Positions 43,750-58,812 of a stretch of 64,000 nt of DNA are shown piece by piece (position 1 is the first letter of the stretch; each line of letters starts with the position of its first letter). The DNA comes from Eledone cirrhosa (Eukaryota), in contig OZ024749.1 of assembly GCA_964016885.1 (NCBI GenBank), positions 29,078,001 through 29,142,000 of the forward strand, read 5' to 3'. Made by a program: the position numbers and the translations under genes. Below the pieces are notes generated by a model. It was not told the DNA's origin. It saw nothing but the letters and a program-made list of their open reading frames with translations, and made no database searches.

Positions 43750-45480
43750 CTCACCCTGGATGCGTTCGTCGACGCCTGCCGTAGCGCAGTAAATCGCTTC
43801 GACTTCCGCCACCGGTTCAAACGGCATAACATCTCACGGGGCGAACTCCTCGTTCTCCGCTCCCTCCGTAGCCGAGATGACATCGTCATCAAACCGGCGT
43901 CAAGGGAGGCGCCGTGGTGGTGTGGCACGCTGACCTCTACACGGCTGAAGCCCTCAGGCAGCTCCGTAACACCCTCTTCTACCGCCCTCTACCCTCCGAC
44001 CCCACACCCCTCTACCAACAACAAGTTTCCTCCACCATGCAACACCTTGTCTCCTCTTCTCTCCTCCCTCCCACCGCTTCCCACCTCATCGCCCGCACCC
44101 CCCGCACCCCTACTATCTACTTCCTCCCCAAACTCCACAAACCCGACAACCCCGGCCGCCCCATCGTCTCCGCTTACAACTGCGCCACCAAACTCCTCTC
44201 CGCCTTTCTTGACTCCATCTTCGCCCCCCTCGTCACCACCTTCCCCTCCCACATCTCCGACACCAACCACGCCCTTTGCCTATTCGACTCCTTCACCTTC
44301 CCACCCAACCCACAGCCCTTCCTCTTCACCCTAGATATCAAGTCGCTTTATATTGTCATCCCCCACGCCGACGGCCTACGTGCCCTCAAGCACTACTTCG
44401 ACCTTCGCCCCTCCCCCCTCCCCTCACCCACACCCTCCTTCGCCTCGCCGAGCTGGTCCTCACCCTCAACTGCTTCTCCTTCTCGGGTGAGTTTTACCAA
44501 CAGGTCACGGGGGTAGCCATGGGCACAAGAATGGACCCAAACTATGCCAACCTTTTCGTTGGCCATGTTCTCCACCTGCCATTCTCCTCTACTGCTGCTA
44601 TGCCTTGACCCTCTGACCACTTCTCCGCACACACAGACACACAGCCCTCTCCACCTGTCATTCTCCTCTACCCTCATCCTGCCTTGACCCTCTGACCACT
44701 TCCTGTTGCGCGCGCACCCCACATCTCCCCTCTTCCGACCAACACAACCACGGATTACATACCATTGGCCATCGTTCCCACTATCTACTCCCTCACATGG
44801 AAAATATCCGGCATCCCTTCACACCCTCGACGGAACTACCTTAGGAACTTACCCACAGACATACACTCAAAAAAATTTTTAGAACCACGCCACCTACATC
44901 CACAAAACGTATAAACACCACACAGACGTGCGTACCCCCACATATATACATACTCAGCCTCCGGAATCCTCCCCCCTCCCCCACCCCTCTGGCCCCTCCC
45001 CATCCACACGCACACACACACCGACCTACACCCCACACACACACCTTTTTCTGAACATCGAACCTCGTTCTTCCCCCAACTCTCACATTCACATACACAC
45101 ACACACACACACGTACACCTACACACATACACCACCTTCAGCCCTCCCCGCTCGGACACACCACGTCCCTCTCCCCACTCCACCCACCACCACCCCTACA
45201 CGCCCCACACCCGTCCACCACTTGTTTATCTTCATGTTTATTTTATTTATTTATTTATTTATTTTTGTACCCCTTCCACCGTTTTTCCTCCCTTTCCCTT
45301 TTTTTCTAAATGTCTCTCCTCCACTCCCCTACACACCCTCTGAACCCTCTTCCCACCCACTTTTCGCCTGAAGAAGGGCTTATGCCCGAAACATAGCCCC
45401 CCCCCCCCCCTCCACACTCTCAAGAGCATGAAACTAATAAACCTTTGTTCGTACTGCCTCTCTGTTTTGTTCCCGTTCCA
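43750..45480 (+). mobile_element. Decayed Penelope-like element (RT fragment, internal deletion, 3' pseudo-LTR)
   Basis: DDIVIKPA..VVVW, YFLPKLHKPDNPGRPIVS, LFTLDIKSLY, YQQVTGVAMGTRM.PNYANLF across frameshifts; hammerhead core and AATAAA near the end. Confidence 0.85.
45363..45398 (+). ncRNA. Classic PLE minimal hammerhead core
   Basis: CUGAAGA(45368)-AGGGC UUAU GCCC-GAAA(45388)-CAUA; stems I and III reduced. Confidence 0.65.
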
Positions 45481-45496
45481 TTTTTCACTATATATA

Positions 45497-45546
<50 letters not shown>

Positions 45547-46266
45547 CACATATATACACACACACACAGACATACACATATATATACATATATATACATC
45601 CCTGTAACCATATGTATCTTTACGTTTACACTATTCTCCAGTCGGTGCTGTTTGTTTACGTCGTGTAACTTAGCGGTACAATAAATAGAAACAATGTTCG
45701 ATAAAATTTAGTACCAGACTTGAAAGATAAAAGTTAAATGAAATATAAGGAAATGAAGTTTCGTTTCATTTTTTCCGTTTAAATGAAATAGATAAACAAG
45801 AATCGATATGATTGGTTAAAGCCATGAAGGAATGTGATGCTCCAGCGTGGCCGCAGTCCAATGACTGACAAAAGGTAATAGCGAGCGAATAACAGGGTAA
45901 GAGAATGCGCGGACACGTGCGCATGTATGTGTATGTGTGTATATATTTGCGTGTATGTGTGTGTGTGTGTGTGTGTGTATGTGTGTGTGTACGTGTATAT
46001 GTGTGCGTATGTGTGTGTGTGTGTGTATCTGTGTGTGTGTATGTGTGTGTGTATGTGTGTGTGTATGTGTGTATGTACGTGTATATGTGTGTGTATGTGT
46101 GAGTGTGTGTGTGTGTGTGTGTGTGTATCTGTGTGTGTGTATCTGTGTGTGTATGTGTGTGTGTACGTGTATATGTGTGCGTATGTGTGTGTGTGTGTAT
46201 GTGTGTGTGTGTGTGTGTGTATCTGTGTGTGTGTATGTGTGTATGTACGTGTATATGTGTGTGTAT

Positions 46267-46299
<33 letters not shown>

Positions 46300-46679
46300 T
46301 ATCTGTGTGTGTGTATGTGTGTGTGTGTTGGATGCCCGTCGGTTCCGACGGCGCATGTTCCAGTTATTTGTTCAACGGAACAAGCTGCTCATAGAATTAT
46401 CGTGCAAGTGTCTGAGTGTACTTTTAACATAATTCTCAGGGAGATTCAGCATGACACAGTGTGTAAGAAGGTTGACCTTTTGAATTACAGCTACAATTAC
46501 AGCAACGTGAAATATTGAGTCCTGCTTTAGTCCAAAACGTGGCTCTGGGCATCGAACTTACGACCTTACGAACGTGAGTCGAACACTCTAACAACTACGA
46601 CAGAAAAAAAGAACTCAGAGAGAGGGAGGGGGGGGGGGTCAGATAGAGAGACAAACAGACAGAGAGACATTGAGAGAGA

Positions 46680-47300
46680 GCATGTGTGCCTGAAAGAGAG
46701 TGAGGGAGAGACAGACAAACAGACAAACAGACAGACATGCAGACAGACAGACAGAGAATGAGAGAGAGTATATGTGTGTCTGAAAGAGAGTGAGGGACAG
46801 ACAGACAGACAGACAGACAGACAGCGAATGAGAGAGGGTATATGTGTGTCTGAAAGAGAGTGAGGGACAGACAGACAGACGGACAGACAGCGAATGAGAG
46901 AGAGTATATGTGTGCCTAAAAGAGAGTGAGGGACAGACAGGCCGACAAACAGACAGACAGCGAATGAGAGAGGGTATATGTGTGTCTGAAAAAGAGTGAG
47001 GGACAGACAGACAGACAGTGAATGAGAGAGAGTATATGTGTGCCTAAAAGAGAGTGAGGGACAGACAGGCCGACAAACAGACAGACAGCGAATGAGAGAG
47101 GGTATATGTGTGTCTGAAAGAGAGTGAGGGACAGACAGACAGACAGTGAATGAGAGAGAGTATATGTGTGCCTAAAAGAGAGTGAGGGACAGACAGGCCG
47201 ACAAACAGACAGACAGCGAATGAGAGAGGGTATATGTGTGTCTGAAAGAGAGCGAGGGAGAGACAGACAGACAGAGAGGCAGAGAGAATGAGAGACTGAG
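46680..47300. repeat. GACA/GA composite minisatellite (~60-bp unit)
   Basis: Repeated gaatgagagagagtatatgtgtgtctgaaagagagtgagggacagac. Confidence 0.9.
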
Positions 47301-47781
47301 AGAGTTAGAGAGTGGCAGGTGCCATGCTAAAGCTATCTACCATATATATATATATAGTATATAACAGGTGTCATGTTAATTCCAATCAATTAATATGTTT
47401 TTCTGATTAATTTTGGTCGTTTATTATAACTCTGCCATACAACACACATTTTGGCAGTTTAGAAAATTAATAGCAATGCAATAAATTACTGTAATTACGT
47501 TAAATTAGAAACAGTGCGTGTATGGTGTATATATATATAGATGAGCTGTGTATATATATATATATGGCTGAGTGGTTAGAGAATTGGATTCACAATCTTG
47601 AGGTTGTGAGTTCGATTCCTGGACCGGGCGATGCGTTATGTCCTTGAGCAAGACACTTTATTTCACGTTGCTCCTTCTATCTGGAATTGCGACCGATAGA
47701 TAGTACTAGCAACTGGAAAGACCGACGGAAACATTGTTTCCTCGGTCCGATTTAATATATATATATATATATATGTATGTA

Positions 47782-47818
<37 letters not shown>

Positions 47819-48086
47819 ATATCAGTACGTACATATATACATACATACATATATATATATATTATATACAAACATACACATACATATATATACACACACG
47901 CACACACATATATATACGTACACACGCGCACACACACACGCACATACACACATATGTATATATATATATATTATATATATATTTATATATATATAGTAAT
48001 AATAATAAATGTGAAGACTAAAATCCATAGAGGGCTCGATAAGGATAAATATATATCAAATATATAAGAACCCTAGAGCAAATATT

Positions 48087-48212
48087 CATTAAAATATCAG
48101 ATTAAAGTTAAAGCAAAGAATCGCTACTTTCACCCTTAACGGGATCTTCTGAAGATCCTGTTAGGGGTGAAAGCAGCGATTCTTTGCTTCAACTTTAATC
48201 TGTTATTTTAAT
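48087..48212 (+). mobile_element. Fold-back element with a hammerhead core at the inversion point
   Basis: Palindrome centred at ~48150; CUGAAGA(48149)-UCC UGUUAG GGGU-GAAA(48169)-GCA..UGC-UU^; related pieces at 21261-21360 and 37571-37655. Confidence 0.7.
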
Positions 48213-48370
48213 ATATATATATATGTGCGGATGATTGTTTAACCATCGTCTCAGTGTGTTTGGCCTTTAACGAATGTTGTAGCTCTGTTTCATCTGAATC
48301 ATTGAGCACTTGCCACACATCTCGGGAGTTGTTTTTCGTTAATTCCTAAGCCGAAATACGATTCCCGGTA

Positions 48371-48481
<111 letters not shown>

Positions 48482-48535
48482 TAGATATATATCACTATAT
48501 ATAAATATAGAGAGAAAGAGAGAGGGAGTGAGATA

Positions 48536-48566
<31 letters not shown>

Positions 48567-48744
48567 GGGGGGGGGGAGTATGTAGATGTTGACTATATCT
48601 CTGAGGTAAAGAAGGAACTACAAGTTAAGTTAATATGTAAAAGCACCTCATTTGAAAACATTTTGGAATTTAGATAAAGTAAAATATTTCTACTTTTAAA
48701 ATGAGGTAATAAAAAGGGTTTGGGAAACCCCTTGTACAGTAATA

Positions 48745-49915
48745 GCTGCCATGATGGGGGAGTTATTGTCGTTGCAGAGTCTGCTGTAACAGCCGCCATC
48801 ATCGGGGTGTTATTGTCGTACAGAGTCTACTAAAACAGCCGCCATGATGGGGGTGTTATTGTCGTTACAGAGAGTACAGTAACTTGTACGGTAACTGCCT
48901 CCAACGTGGCGGTGCTATGGTCGTTACAGAGTCTACTAAAACAGCCGCCATGATGGGAGTGTTATGGTCGTTACAGAGTGTACTGTAATTGCCGCCACCA
49001 TGGGGGTGTTATGGGTTTTACAGAGACTATTGTAACTGACGCCATGATGGGCGTCTTGTGGTCGTTACAGAGTCTACTGAAACTTCCGCCATGTTGGAGG
49101 TGTTGTGGTCGTTACAGAGACTACTAAAACAGCCGCCATAATGGGTGTCTTGTGGTCATTACAGTGTTTACTGTAACAGCCGCCATGATGGGTGTTATGG
49201 TTTTTTACAGAGACTAATGTAACTGACGCCATGATGGGTGTCTTGTGGTCATTACAGTGTTTACTGTAACAGCCGCCATGATGGGTGTTATGGTTTTTTA
49301 CAGAGACTAATGTAACTGACGCCATGATGGGTGTCTTGCGGTCGTCACAGTGTTTCCTGTAACAGCCGCCATGATGGGTGTTATGGTTTTTTACAGAGAC
49401 TATTGTAACTGACACCATGATGGGTGTCTTGTGGTCATTACAGTGTTTACTGTAACAGCCGCCATGATGGGTGTTATGGTTTTTTACAGAGACTATTGTA
49501 ACTGACGCCATGATGGTGTCTTGTGGTCATTACAGTGTCTACTGTAACAGCCGCCATGATGGGTGTTATGGTTTTTTACAGATACTATTGTAACTGACGC
49601 CATGATGGTGTCTTGTGGTCATTACAGTGTCTACTGTAACAGCCGCCATGATGGGTGTTATGGTTTTTTACAGATACTATTGTAACTGACGCCATGATGG
49701 TGTCTTGTGGTCATTACAGTGTCTACTGTAACAGCCGCCATGATGGGTGTTATGGTTTTTTACAGAGACTATTGTAACTGACGCCATGATGGTGTCTTGT
49801 GGTCATTACAGTGTCTACTGTAACAGCCGCCATGATGGGTGTTATGGTTTTTTACAGATACTATTGTAACTGACGCCATCATGGGTGTCTTGCGGTCGTC
49901 ACAGTGTCTACTGTA
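48745..49915. repeat. Tandem repeat, ~78-bp dimeric unit made of two ~39-bp subunits
   Basis: gccgccatgatgggtgttatggttttttacagagactattgtaactgacgccatgatggtgtcttgtggtcattacagtgtctactgtaaca repeated. Confidence 0.95.
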
Positions 49916-50072
49916 TGTGACGCCAACAATGCGTCAGAAAATTATGGACTTTTTCACGCTTATCTTCTCTTCTTGTACAAATCCCATACAACAGAAACAC
50001 CTGTTTTATCAATTTAATGTCTTCTAATAGTATCGCACTATTAACGGTAATTAAATAACATTAATATACGTA

Positions 50073-50262
50073 AGGCGGTAAATTGGCAGGATCGGTAGAG
50101 CGTTGGACGCCATGCTTTCTAGCATAGTTACATCCCTTTACGGTCTGAGTTCAAATCCCGCCGAGGTTAACTTTGCCTTTCATCCTTACGGGGTCGATAA
50201 AATAAAGTACCAGTACTGTAGTGGGTAATTTGCTGGCCTTGTGCCAAAAGTAGAAACAATTA
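50073..50262 (+). mobile_element. SINE family A copy
   Basis: Full head, core and tail; further copies at 51867-52015, 57986-58165, 58218-58393, 58590-58692, 60886-61075, 63703-63805(-). Confidence 0.85.
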
Positions 50263-50345
50263 ATATACGTAAATCTAATATACATATACAAACATTCAAA
50301 CATACATGCATACATACATACATTCATACATACATACATACATAC

Positions 50346-50421
<76 letters not shown>

Positions 50422-50701
50422 AGACACGTGGCCTAGGGGTAAGGGTGTTGGACTTATGATCATAATGTCGTGGGCTCGATTCCTGCGTTGCGTGTTGTGT
50501 TCTTGAGCAAAACACTTCATCTCACGTTGCTCCAGTAACCTCAGCTGAAAATGAGTACCAGCAATAGCTGGGGGTTCAACCCTGAGATGGACTGGCATCC
50601 TGTCCAGGGGGGGGGGGGTTGTACTCTCAGTCGCTTCACGACTATATATATATATATATATATATAATATAAGATCAAAAGATGGTTAAAAGAGTTCCAA
50701 G

Positions 50702-50772
50702 TATTTTATTATGCGCATTTCAAAAACAAATATCATCATGAGATGATATCTGCGTTTTCATCAGATAAAATA
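50702..50772 (-). ncRNA. Complete type I hammerhead ribozyme motif
   Basis: Minus strand reads UAUUUUAU-CUGAUGA-AAAC GCAGAUAUCAUC UCAU GAUGAUAUUUGU UUUU-GAAA-UGCGCA-UA^-AUAAAAUA. Confidence 0.85.
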
Positions 50773-50908
50773 GGGATACATGATATTAAGGTTAAAAAAC
50801 ACTTGTGAATAGTGAAGTTTTAAATCAACATATGAAAAATAATTTAAGATTGATGTGTATATATATATATATATATATAGTAGTAATAGGTTAAAAATTC
50901 CAAGATGC

Positions 50909-50991
<83 letters not shown>

Positions 50992-51159
50992 TAATAGGTT
51001 AAAAAATCCAAGATGTAGAGCAACTTAAGTCCCTAGAGCGGATTAGAACATAAATATTTACGTCAGTACTACAACGACCGCCTTACCAGGTGCATACGCT
51101 CGAACTGTAATATATACATACTATAATTACACAAATGACCGTGAGTCCAACACTCAAAC

Positions 51160-51824
51160 TGATATATCGTACTCAAATACCCATGATTCATTTCCTCTGA
51201 TTATTTTATCCCAAAAAATGTGGCCCAATTTCGAGTCCTTCTAGCAAATCCTGACAAATTTCCAGCCGATTCGCTTTTTGCTTCACAGACAAATGTTTGT
51301 GGACAAGATTTACACATATTTTTCTCATATGCAAATGGTCTGTTAAAATTCTGTGAACTGTATTTTTATCTGAGGCCGTTTCTTCTGCAATCATCCTAAC
51401 ACTTAATCGGCAATCTTTCGCCGTCATTGCTCATATCATTTCTATATATTGTTCATTTGTTGACGAGATTGACCTTCCAGAACGATGTTCGTCTTCAACA
51501 TATTCCCAGGCCTATTTGAAAAACCTAACTTCTCGATACAGTGACATCCCCATAACCTTGTGTTGAAGAATTAATGTTTCGGTTGCACATTTGTTGAGTT
51601 TCACAGAGAATTTGAACGCGTACCGTTGTTTCATCATAACAGAGGTTATATACACGTCTGTGTATAAATAACAATAACTCACGACTGGCTCAGTTGATTA
51701 TCTTAAAACAATTTTGTACGTGCAGGCAGATTCATAATCAACACACCTTTATACATCAACGAGGGGATGCTTTACCATGTCATACATAGCAAAATCAGTG
51801 CCCTTACTTTTAGGATAAACCATG
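51160..51824 (-). mobile_element. Mariner transposon 5' remnant (TIR plus decayed transposase)
   Basis: TA-CATGGTTTATCCTAAAAGTAAGGGCACTG TIR; MKQRYAFKF, EDEHRSGR, DCRLSVRMIAEE..VHRILTDHLHMRKIC, ESWVFEYD. Confidence 0.85.
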
Positions 51825-52038
51825 TATGTATGTATGAATGTATGTATATATATATGTGTATTATTACAGTATCGGTAGAGGGTCGGACGCCATGCTAGTT
51901 CAAATCCAGCCGAGGTTGACTTTGCCTTTCATCCTTACGGGGTCGATAAAATAAAGTGCCAGTAATGCACTGGGTAATTTGCTGGCCTTGTGCCTAAAGT
52001 AGAAACAATTATTATTGTTGTTGTTATCGTTATTATTG

Positions 52039-52097
<59 letters not shown>

Positions 52098-52350
52098 GTT
52101 ATTATTATTGGGGTTTTTTCACGTGCAATGGCCAAACTCGATAACGAGGGGGCAGCCATCATCTATGTATGTATGTATGTATGTATGTATGTATGTATGT
52201 ATGTATGTATGTATGTATGTATGTATGTATGTATGTATGTATTTTTGTATGTATGTATGTGTGTTTGTGAGTGTATATATATATATATATATATATATAG
52301 AATAAGGAAAAGCGAAGTAGTTTCAGATGTTCAAGTCCTTTAATAATAAT

Positions 52351-52424
52351 GCTGTGATATATATTTCAATGGCGACACTGGCCACACTGTTCTGTGTGCG
52401 AGTGTCGTGACATCATCAGACAGC
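52351..52424 (-). ncRNA. Complete type I hammerhead ribozyme motif in fold-back element 52299-52631
   Basis: Minus strand reads GCUGU-CUGAUGA-UGUCA CGACACU CG CACAC AGAACA GUGUG GCC AGUGUCG CCAUU-GAAA-UAUAUA-UC^-ACAGC. Confidence 0.8.
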
Positions 52425-52743
52425 TTGTTACATAATAAGGTTATGTTTCCGAGGCAATCCAAATTGAATCGACATGGGAACGGATGAAATGCGTGCTTTT
52501 GGGTTATCACCCGTTCCCCTTGAACATCTGAAACTACTTCGCTTTTCCTTATTCGATATTTACTCCGTCACTCCTATGTGGAAAAAGTACGTTGAGTGCT
52601 TGAATTGAATTGCATCAATATTTACCCTAATATCTATATATATATATATTTATATATATATACACACGCACACACATATATATATATAGAGATAGATATA
52701 GATATTATAGATATATATATACATATCTATATATCTATATCTA

Positions 52744-52888
<145 letters not shown>

Positions 52889-52938
52889 GGTGTGGACGAT
52901 ATTTGTTCGCAATTTTCAACAGCTAATTTTATGCAAAG

Positions 52939-53024
<86 letters not shown>

Positions 53025-53088
53025 TTTCTGAGGCAGTACAAATGGTAGTATATTAGGTTCACGCTTTTCAGAGTGGGGGGGGGGGGGG

Positions 53089-53120
53089 CGTTTCGAGCAT
53101 AAAAGCCCTTCATCAGGAAA
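53089..53120 (-). ncRNA. PLE-type hammerhead core, 3' side truncated
   Basis: Minus strand reads CUGAUGA-AGGGC UUUUAU GCUC-GAAA-CG, then poly-C. Confidence 0.55.
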
Positions 53121-54816
53121 ACAGTGGGTAGGAAGAGAGTTCCGAGGGTGTGTGGGGGAGTGGTGGAAAGATATTTTTAAAAAAGGTGGGGGGGGGGAAC
53201 GATATTTTTAGAAGTACAAATAAAAAAAAATATATATATATAACAAAGAGAGTGTAGTAAGATACCAGGTGGACCATAACGCACCAGAGTACTCAATATT
53301 TAGTGTAGTAGCGAGGGTAATAGGGAAAGAATGAGGGCGTCCTGAGTTTTTTCCTATATATATATATATGAAGGCGTGTGGCTGAGTGGTTAGAGAATCG
53401 GATTCGCAATCGTAAGGTTGTGAGTTCGATTCCTGGACCAGGCGATGTGTTATGTCCTTGAGCAAGACACTTTATTTCACGTTGCTCCTTCTACCTGGAG
53501 TTGCGACCGATAGATAGTATTAGCAATTGGAAATACCAACGGAAACATTGTTCCCTCGGTCCGATTTGACGAAAGTCGATCGTTTCTTATATATATATAT
53601 ATATATATATTTATACATATATATATGTGTGTGTATACGTATATGTGTATGCAAACCTATATGTATGTATATATATCATATATATATATGTATATCTCTA
53701 TCTATCTATCTATATATACAAATACATAAATGAATAATATATATACATATATATATATATGTGTATATATATATATATATATGGGAGGAGGGTGCATAGC
53801 AGCTTTCTATCAAACATATTAGCTTGAACGCCATTATTCCAAATCTAGTATCAATATTTTTTCAATAACACACACAGACATACACACACACAGACATACA
53901 CATAATACATGCATACACACGCACATACATACGTACATACATACACAAATACATACATACATACATACATACATACATACGTACATAAATACATACATAC
54001 ATACATACAAACATACATACATACATACATAAATACATACATACATACATACATACATACATGGTGGCTGCCAACTCGTTTTCGAGTACGGCCACTACTT
54101 CATATCCATGTAGGAGAACTGATGCGCTGAACGAGTGTGACTTTTTAGTCCAGCCAGCGACTTGAAAACTCTGGTACATACATACACACACACATACATA
54201 CATACATACATACATACATACATACATACATACATACATACATACATACATACATACATACGGACAAAAAGCGCAGCTCCCTAATTCATAGTCTACAAAT
54301 GGCTGCGATAGCTGGCACCTTCAAAATTTGCAAAACATTCTTGCGATTCAAGGGATGACAATTTCTTTTCTTTTACAACCTTGCCACCAGGAAGGTGGCC
54401 GGTCAAAAAAAATATACTCAAAATTAAGAGAAAGAGATAACATACATTCCAATTAAAATACAATGTGTAAATTCCAATAAGAGAGTCTTGTGTCGATGTT
54501 AGAAACCGACCCTCTCTCTATTGGGAAAAAAATTGTGAAATTATAAAACCAGAAGAACATACACATACACATACATACATGGGGACATACATACGTACAT
54601 ACATACATACATATATACATACATACACATGATGGCTGCCCCCTCGTTATCGAGTATGGCCATTGCACGAGGAGAAAGAAAGAAAAAAAAATAATAATAA
54701 ATAAATAAAGATAAAAAATAAAATAAAAAAAAATTTTAAAAATACATACACATACATACATAGATACATACATACGTACGTATATACTTACGTACATACA
54801 TACATACATACATACA

Positions 54817-54851
<35 letters not shown>

Positions 54852-55058
54852 GCATACATTCAAGCATGCATGCATACATACATACATACATACATACATA
54901 CATACATACATACATACATACATACATACACACATACATACATACATACACACAAATATACATACATATATGCATGCATACTTACAAACATACAAACATA
55001 CATACATAGATACATACGTGTTCAGATGCAATTAATTATATATATAGAGAGAGAGAAT

Positions 55059-55098
<40 letters not shown>

Positions 55099-55133
55099 GT
55101 GAGAGGGGGGGAGAAAGAGAGAGGGAGAGAGAT

Positions 55134-55201
<68 letters not shown>

Positions 55202-55282
55202 GAGAAAGATAGTTGGACATATATATATATATTTACATAGAAATTTATAGAGGGGAGAGAGGGAGTCAGAGAGGGAGAGTTG

Positions 55283-55342
<60 letters not shown>

Positions 55343-55484
55343 TCAAGCGACGTGGGGGTGTATATTGTGTATAAATGTGTCGAAAACATGAGGTGATAAT
55401 ATATATGTACATATATATATATATATTATATATATATATACATATTAATATATGTGTGTATGTATGTGCATGTGTGAATATATT

Positions 55485-55536
<52 letters not shown>

Positions 55537-55540
55537 TGTG

Positions 55541-55599
<59 letters not shown>

Positions 55600-55776
55600 A
55601 TGTGTGTGTGTGTGTGTGTGTATGTATGTGTATTTGTGAATATATATATATATATATATACACATATATATATGTGTGTGTGTGTGTATGTATGTGTATT
55701 TGTGAATATATATATATATATATATATTCACAAATACACATATATATATATGTGTGTGTGTATGTATGTGTATTTG

Positions 55777-55822
<46 letters not shown>

Positions 55823-56189
55823 TATATATATATGTGTGTGTGTGTGTATGTATGTGTATTTGTGAATATATATATATATACAGAGATAGAGAGAGAGAGA
55901 AAGAGAGAGGGGTGAGAGAGAGGGGTGAGAGTGAGAGCGGGGTGAGAGAGAGAGAGAGAGAGGAGATATCAAGCAACGCAGGGAATGTGTATAAATGTAT
56001 GGAAAACATGAGGTAATAAAATATTAAAAGCTAGATTTGATATGTTATTAGCTTGATGGATGATTAAAGAGGAGCTGGTAATTTTTCTCATAATGTTATA
56101 ACATGACTAACATACATTCAGACATACATACATATATATACATATATATATAAATAATTATATATATTTATATGTTTACATGTTTATAT

Positions 56190-56258
<69 letters not shown>

Positions 56259-56289
56259 TATATATATATTTATGTGATATATATATAAG

Positions 56290-56351
<62 letters not shown>

Positions 56352-56466
56352 GTATGTTTATATATGTATGAATATATATATATTTATGTGTTTATATATG
56401 TATGTATATGCATATGTATCTCTATGCATATATATATATGTATGCATACATTGATATATATATGTA

Positions 56467-56542
<76 letters not shown>

Positions 56543-56686
56543 ATATACATACATAAACACACACATTCATACATACATATTCAGAAGGTGTGTGGCTTAA
56601 CGGCTAAAGCGTTCGATGAGATAAACAGATAGGTATATAGTTATTTATCTTTAGATATGTAAATATATATCCATATATATACATAC

Positions 56687-56756
<70 letters not shown>

Positions 56757-57122
56757 ATATTAAATAAATGGAAACTATAATATATATAATAGAGTAAATA
56801 TGGTTTTATAAATACATTTTCCATTTATTTAATATCATTGAATATTATGCTCCAGAAAATTCTGTCGAGTGCTCTGAATCAGTTATAAACATTTATATTT
56901 GTTGAATTACCAACAAATTGAATATCCCTTTTGCTTATATATATATATATATACACATATACGCATCTATATATATATATGTATATATATGTAAATATCT
57001 TTAAGTCGTTTGGAAGCCTCGACAATGCAAATGGGTAAATCTCCGGGTAACAAGGTCCGGTGGTGGAGGGAGAGATGTAAGTGGGTGTACGTTGAGATGC
57101 GTGGTGTGTATAAGATGTGTGA

Positions 57123-57247
<125 letters not shown>

Positions 57248-57353
57248 TACCCTAAGTATTGAGTACTTTGGTGCGTTATGGTCCACCTGGTTCCTTACCA
57301 CATTTCCTCCGTTATATATATAATATATATATATATATATATGCTCAGGTTAC

Positions 57354-57406
<53 letters not shown>

Positions 57407-57628
57407 CACTCATTTATCTCTGTAAAGTTACATTTATTCAATTGATTGGCCTTTCGGTCGTATTTAATTATTTAATTATTGAGATTGTAGAAACACTTTT
57501 TGTATTAAACACTCCTGTCATATCTCCAATTGTTCTTCGTCTTCTTATACGTATATACACACATTATATAGATATATATATATACACACATTATATAGAT
57601 ATATATATACACACAAACACAGACACAA

Positions 57629-57668
<40 letters not shown>

Positions 57669-57861
57669 GTATAAATCAAGATGGATACAGTAAGAAACTG
57701 GTTAGACTATTACTCACCAGAGTGCTCGATACTTTGGTTAGTAGTGTATGGTTATATGAAAGAGTCAGGATCCCGCCGGCTGAGCTCTTGCCATTTCAAC
57801 AGCTATTTCAGACTGGAACTAGCTGTTAAAAGAACAAGGGCTCAGCCGTCGCAGGCCCGAC

Positions 57862-57953
<92 letters not shown>

Positions 57954-58698
57954 ATGTTTGTTTGTCTCTGTGTGTGTATGGTGTGTTGGTAGTATCGGTA
58001 GAGGGTCGGACGCCATGCTTTCCAGCATAGTTACGTCCCTTTGCGGTCTGAGTTCAAATCCCGCCGAGGTTGACTTTGCCTTTCATCCTTACGGGGGTCG
58101 ATAAAATAAAGTACCAGTAATGCACTGGGTAATTGCTGGCCTTGTGCCTAAAGTAGAAACAATTATATGATCCATATATATATATATATATATATATTTA
58201 AATCTTAAGAAAGCTAAGTATCGGTAGAGGATCGGACGCCATGCTTTCCAGCATAGAGTTACGTCCTTTTACGGACTGAGTTCAAATCCCGCCGAGGTTA
58301 ACTTTGCCTTTCATTCTTACGGGGGTCGATAAAATAAAGTACCAGTAATGTACTGGGTAACTGTTGGCCTTGTGCCAAAAGTAGAAACAATTATCCATCT
58401 ATACATCTCTACCTCTGCTGTAACTAGTTCCTAATTATAACATATTTACTGGAAAAAATGACACTGATAAATTTATATAATTGTATGTTTGAAAACCTTA
58501 TACAAGTTTATACTAAATTTGACTTGACATTTTAACTGCCTGCCTGATTGCTCCATACTTTGAATCCTTAATTTTTCTTGATATTTGCCCGCCGAGGTTA
58601 CCTTTGCCTTTCATCCTTACGGGTCGATAACATAAAGTACCAGTAATGCACTGGGGTAATTGTTGGCCTTGATCCAAATGTAGAAACAATTACATAAT

Positions 58699-58812
58699 AT
58701 TATTTCCTGAAGAGATGCGATTAGGATAAATCAGCCATAATGGTGTTAATTGTTAACAAATGGAAGCGATATTCTAGCCGCATTGAAACGTCCATACAGA
58801 TGTACAAATAAA
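58699..58812 (+). ncRNA. Hammerhead motif with a ~70-nt stem II insertion
   Basis: UUAUUUC-CUGAAGA(58707)-GAUGCG.UUAGGAUA...UAUUCUAG.CGCAUU-GAAA(58785)-CGUC CAUACA GAUG-UA^-CAAAUAA. Confidence 0.7.

Noticed and set aside
48745-49915. Regular repeat array and 145-aa ORF suggesting CRISPR or a repeat protein
   Set aside because: Units are contiguous without unique spacers, there are no cas genes, and the context is eukaryotic; the ORF is incidental.
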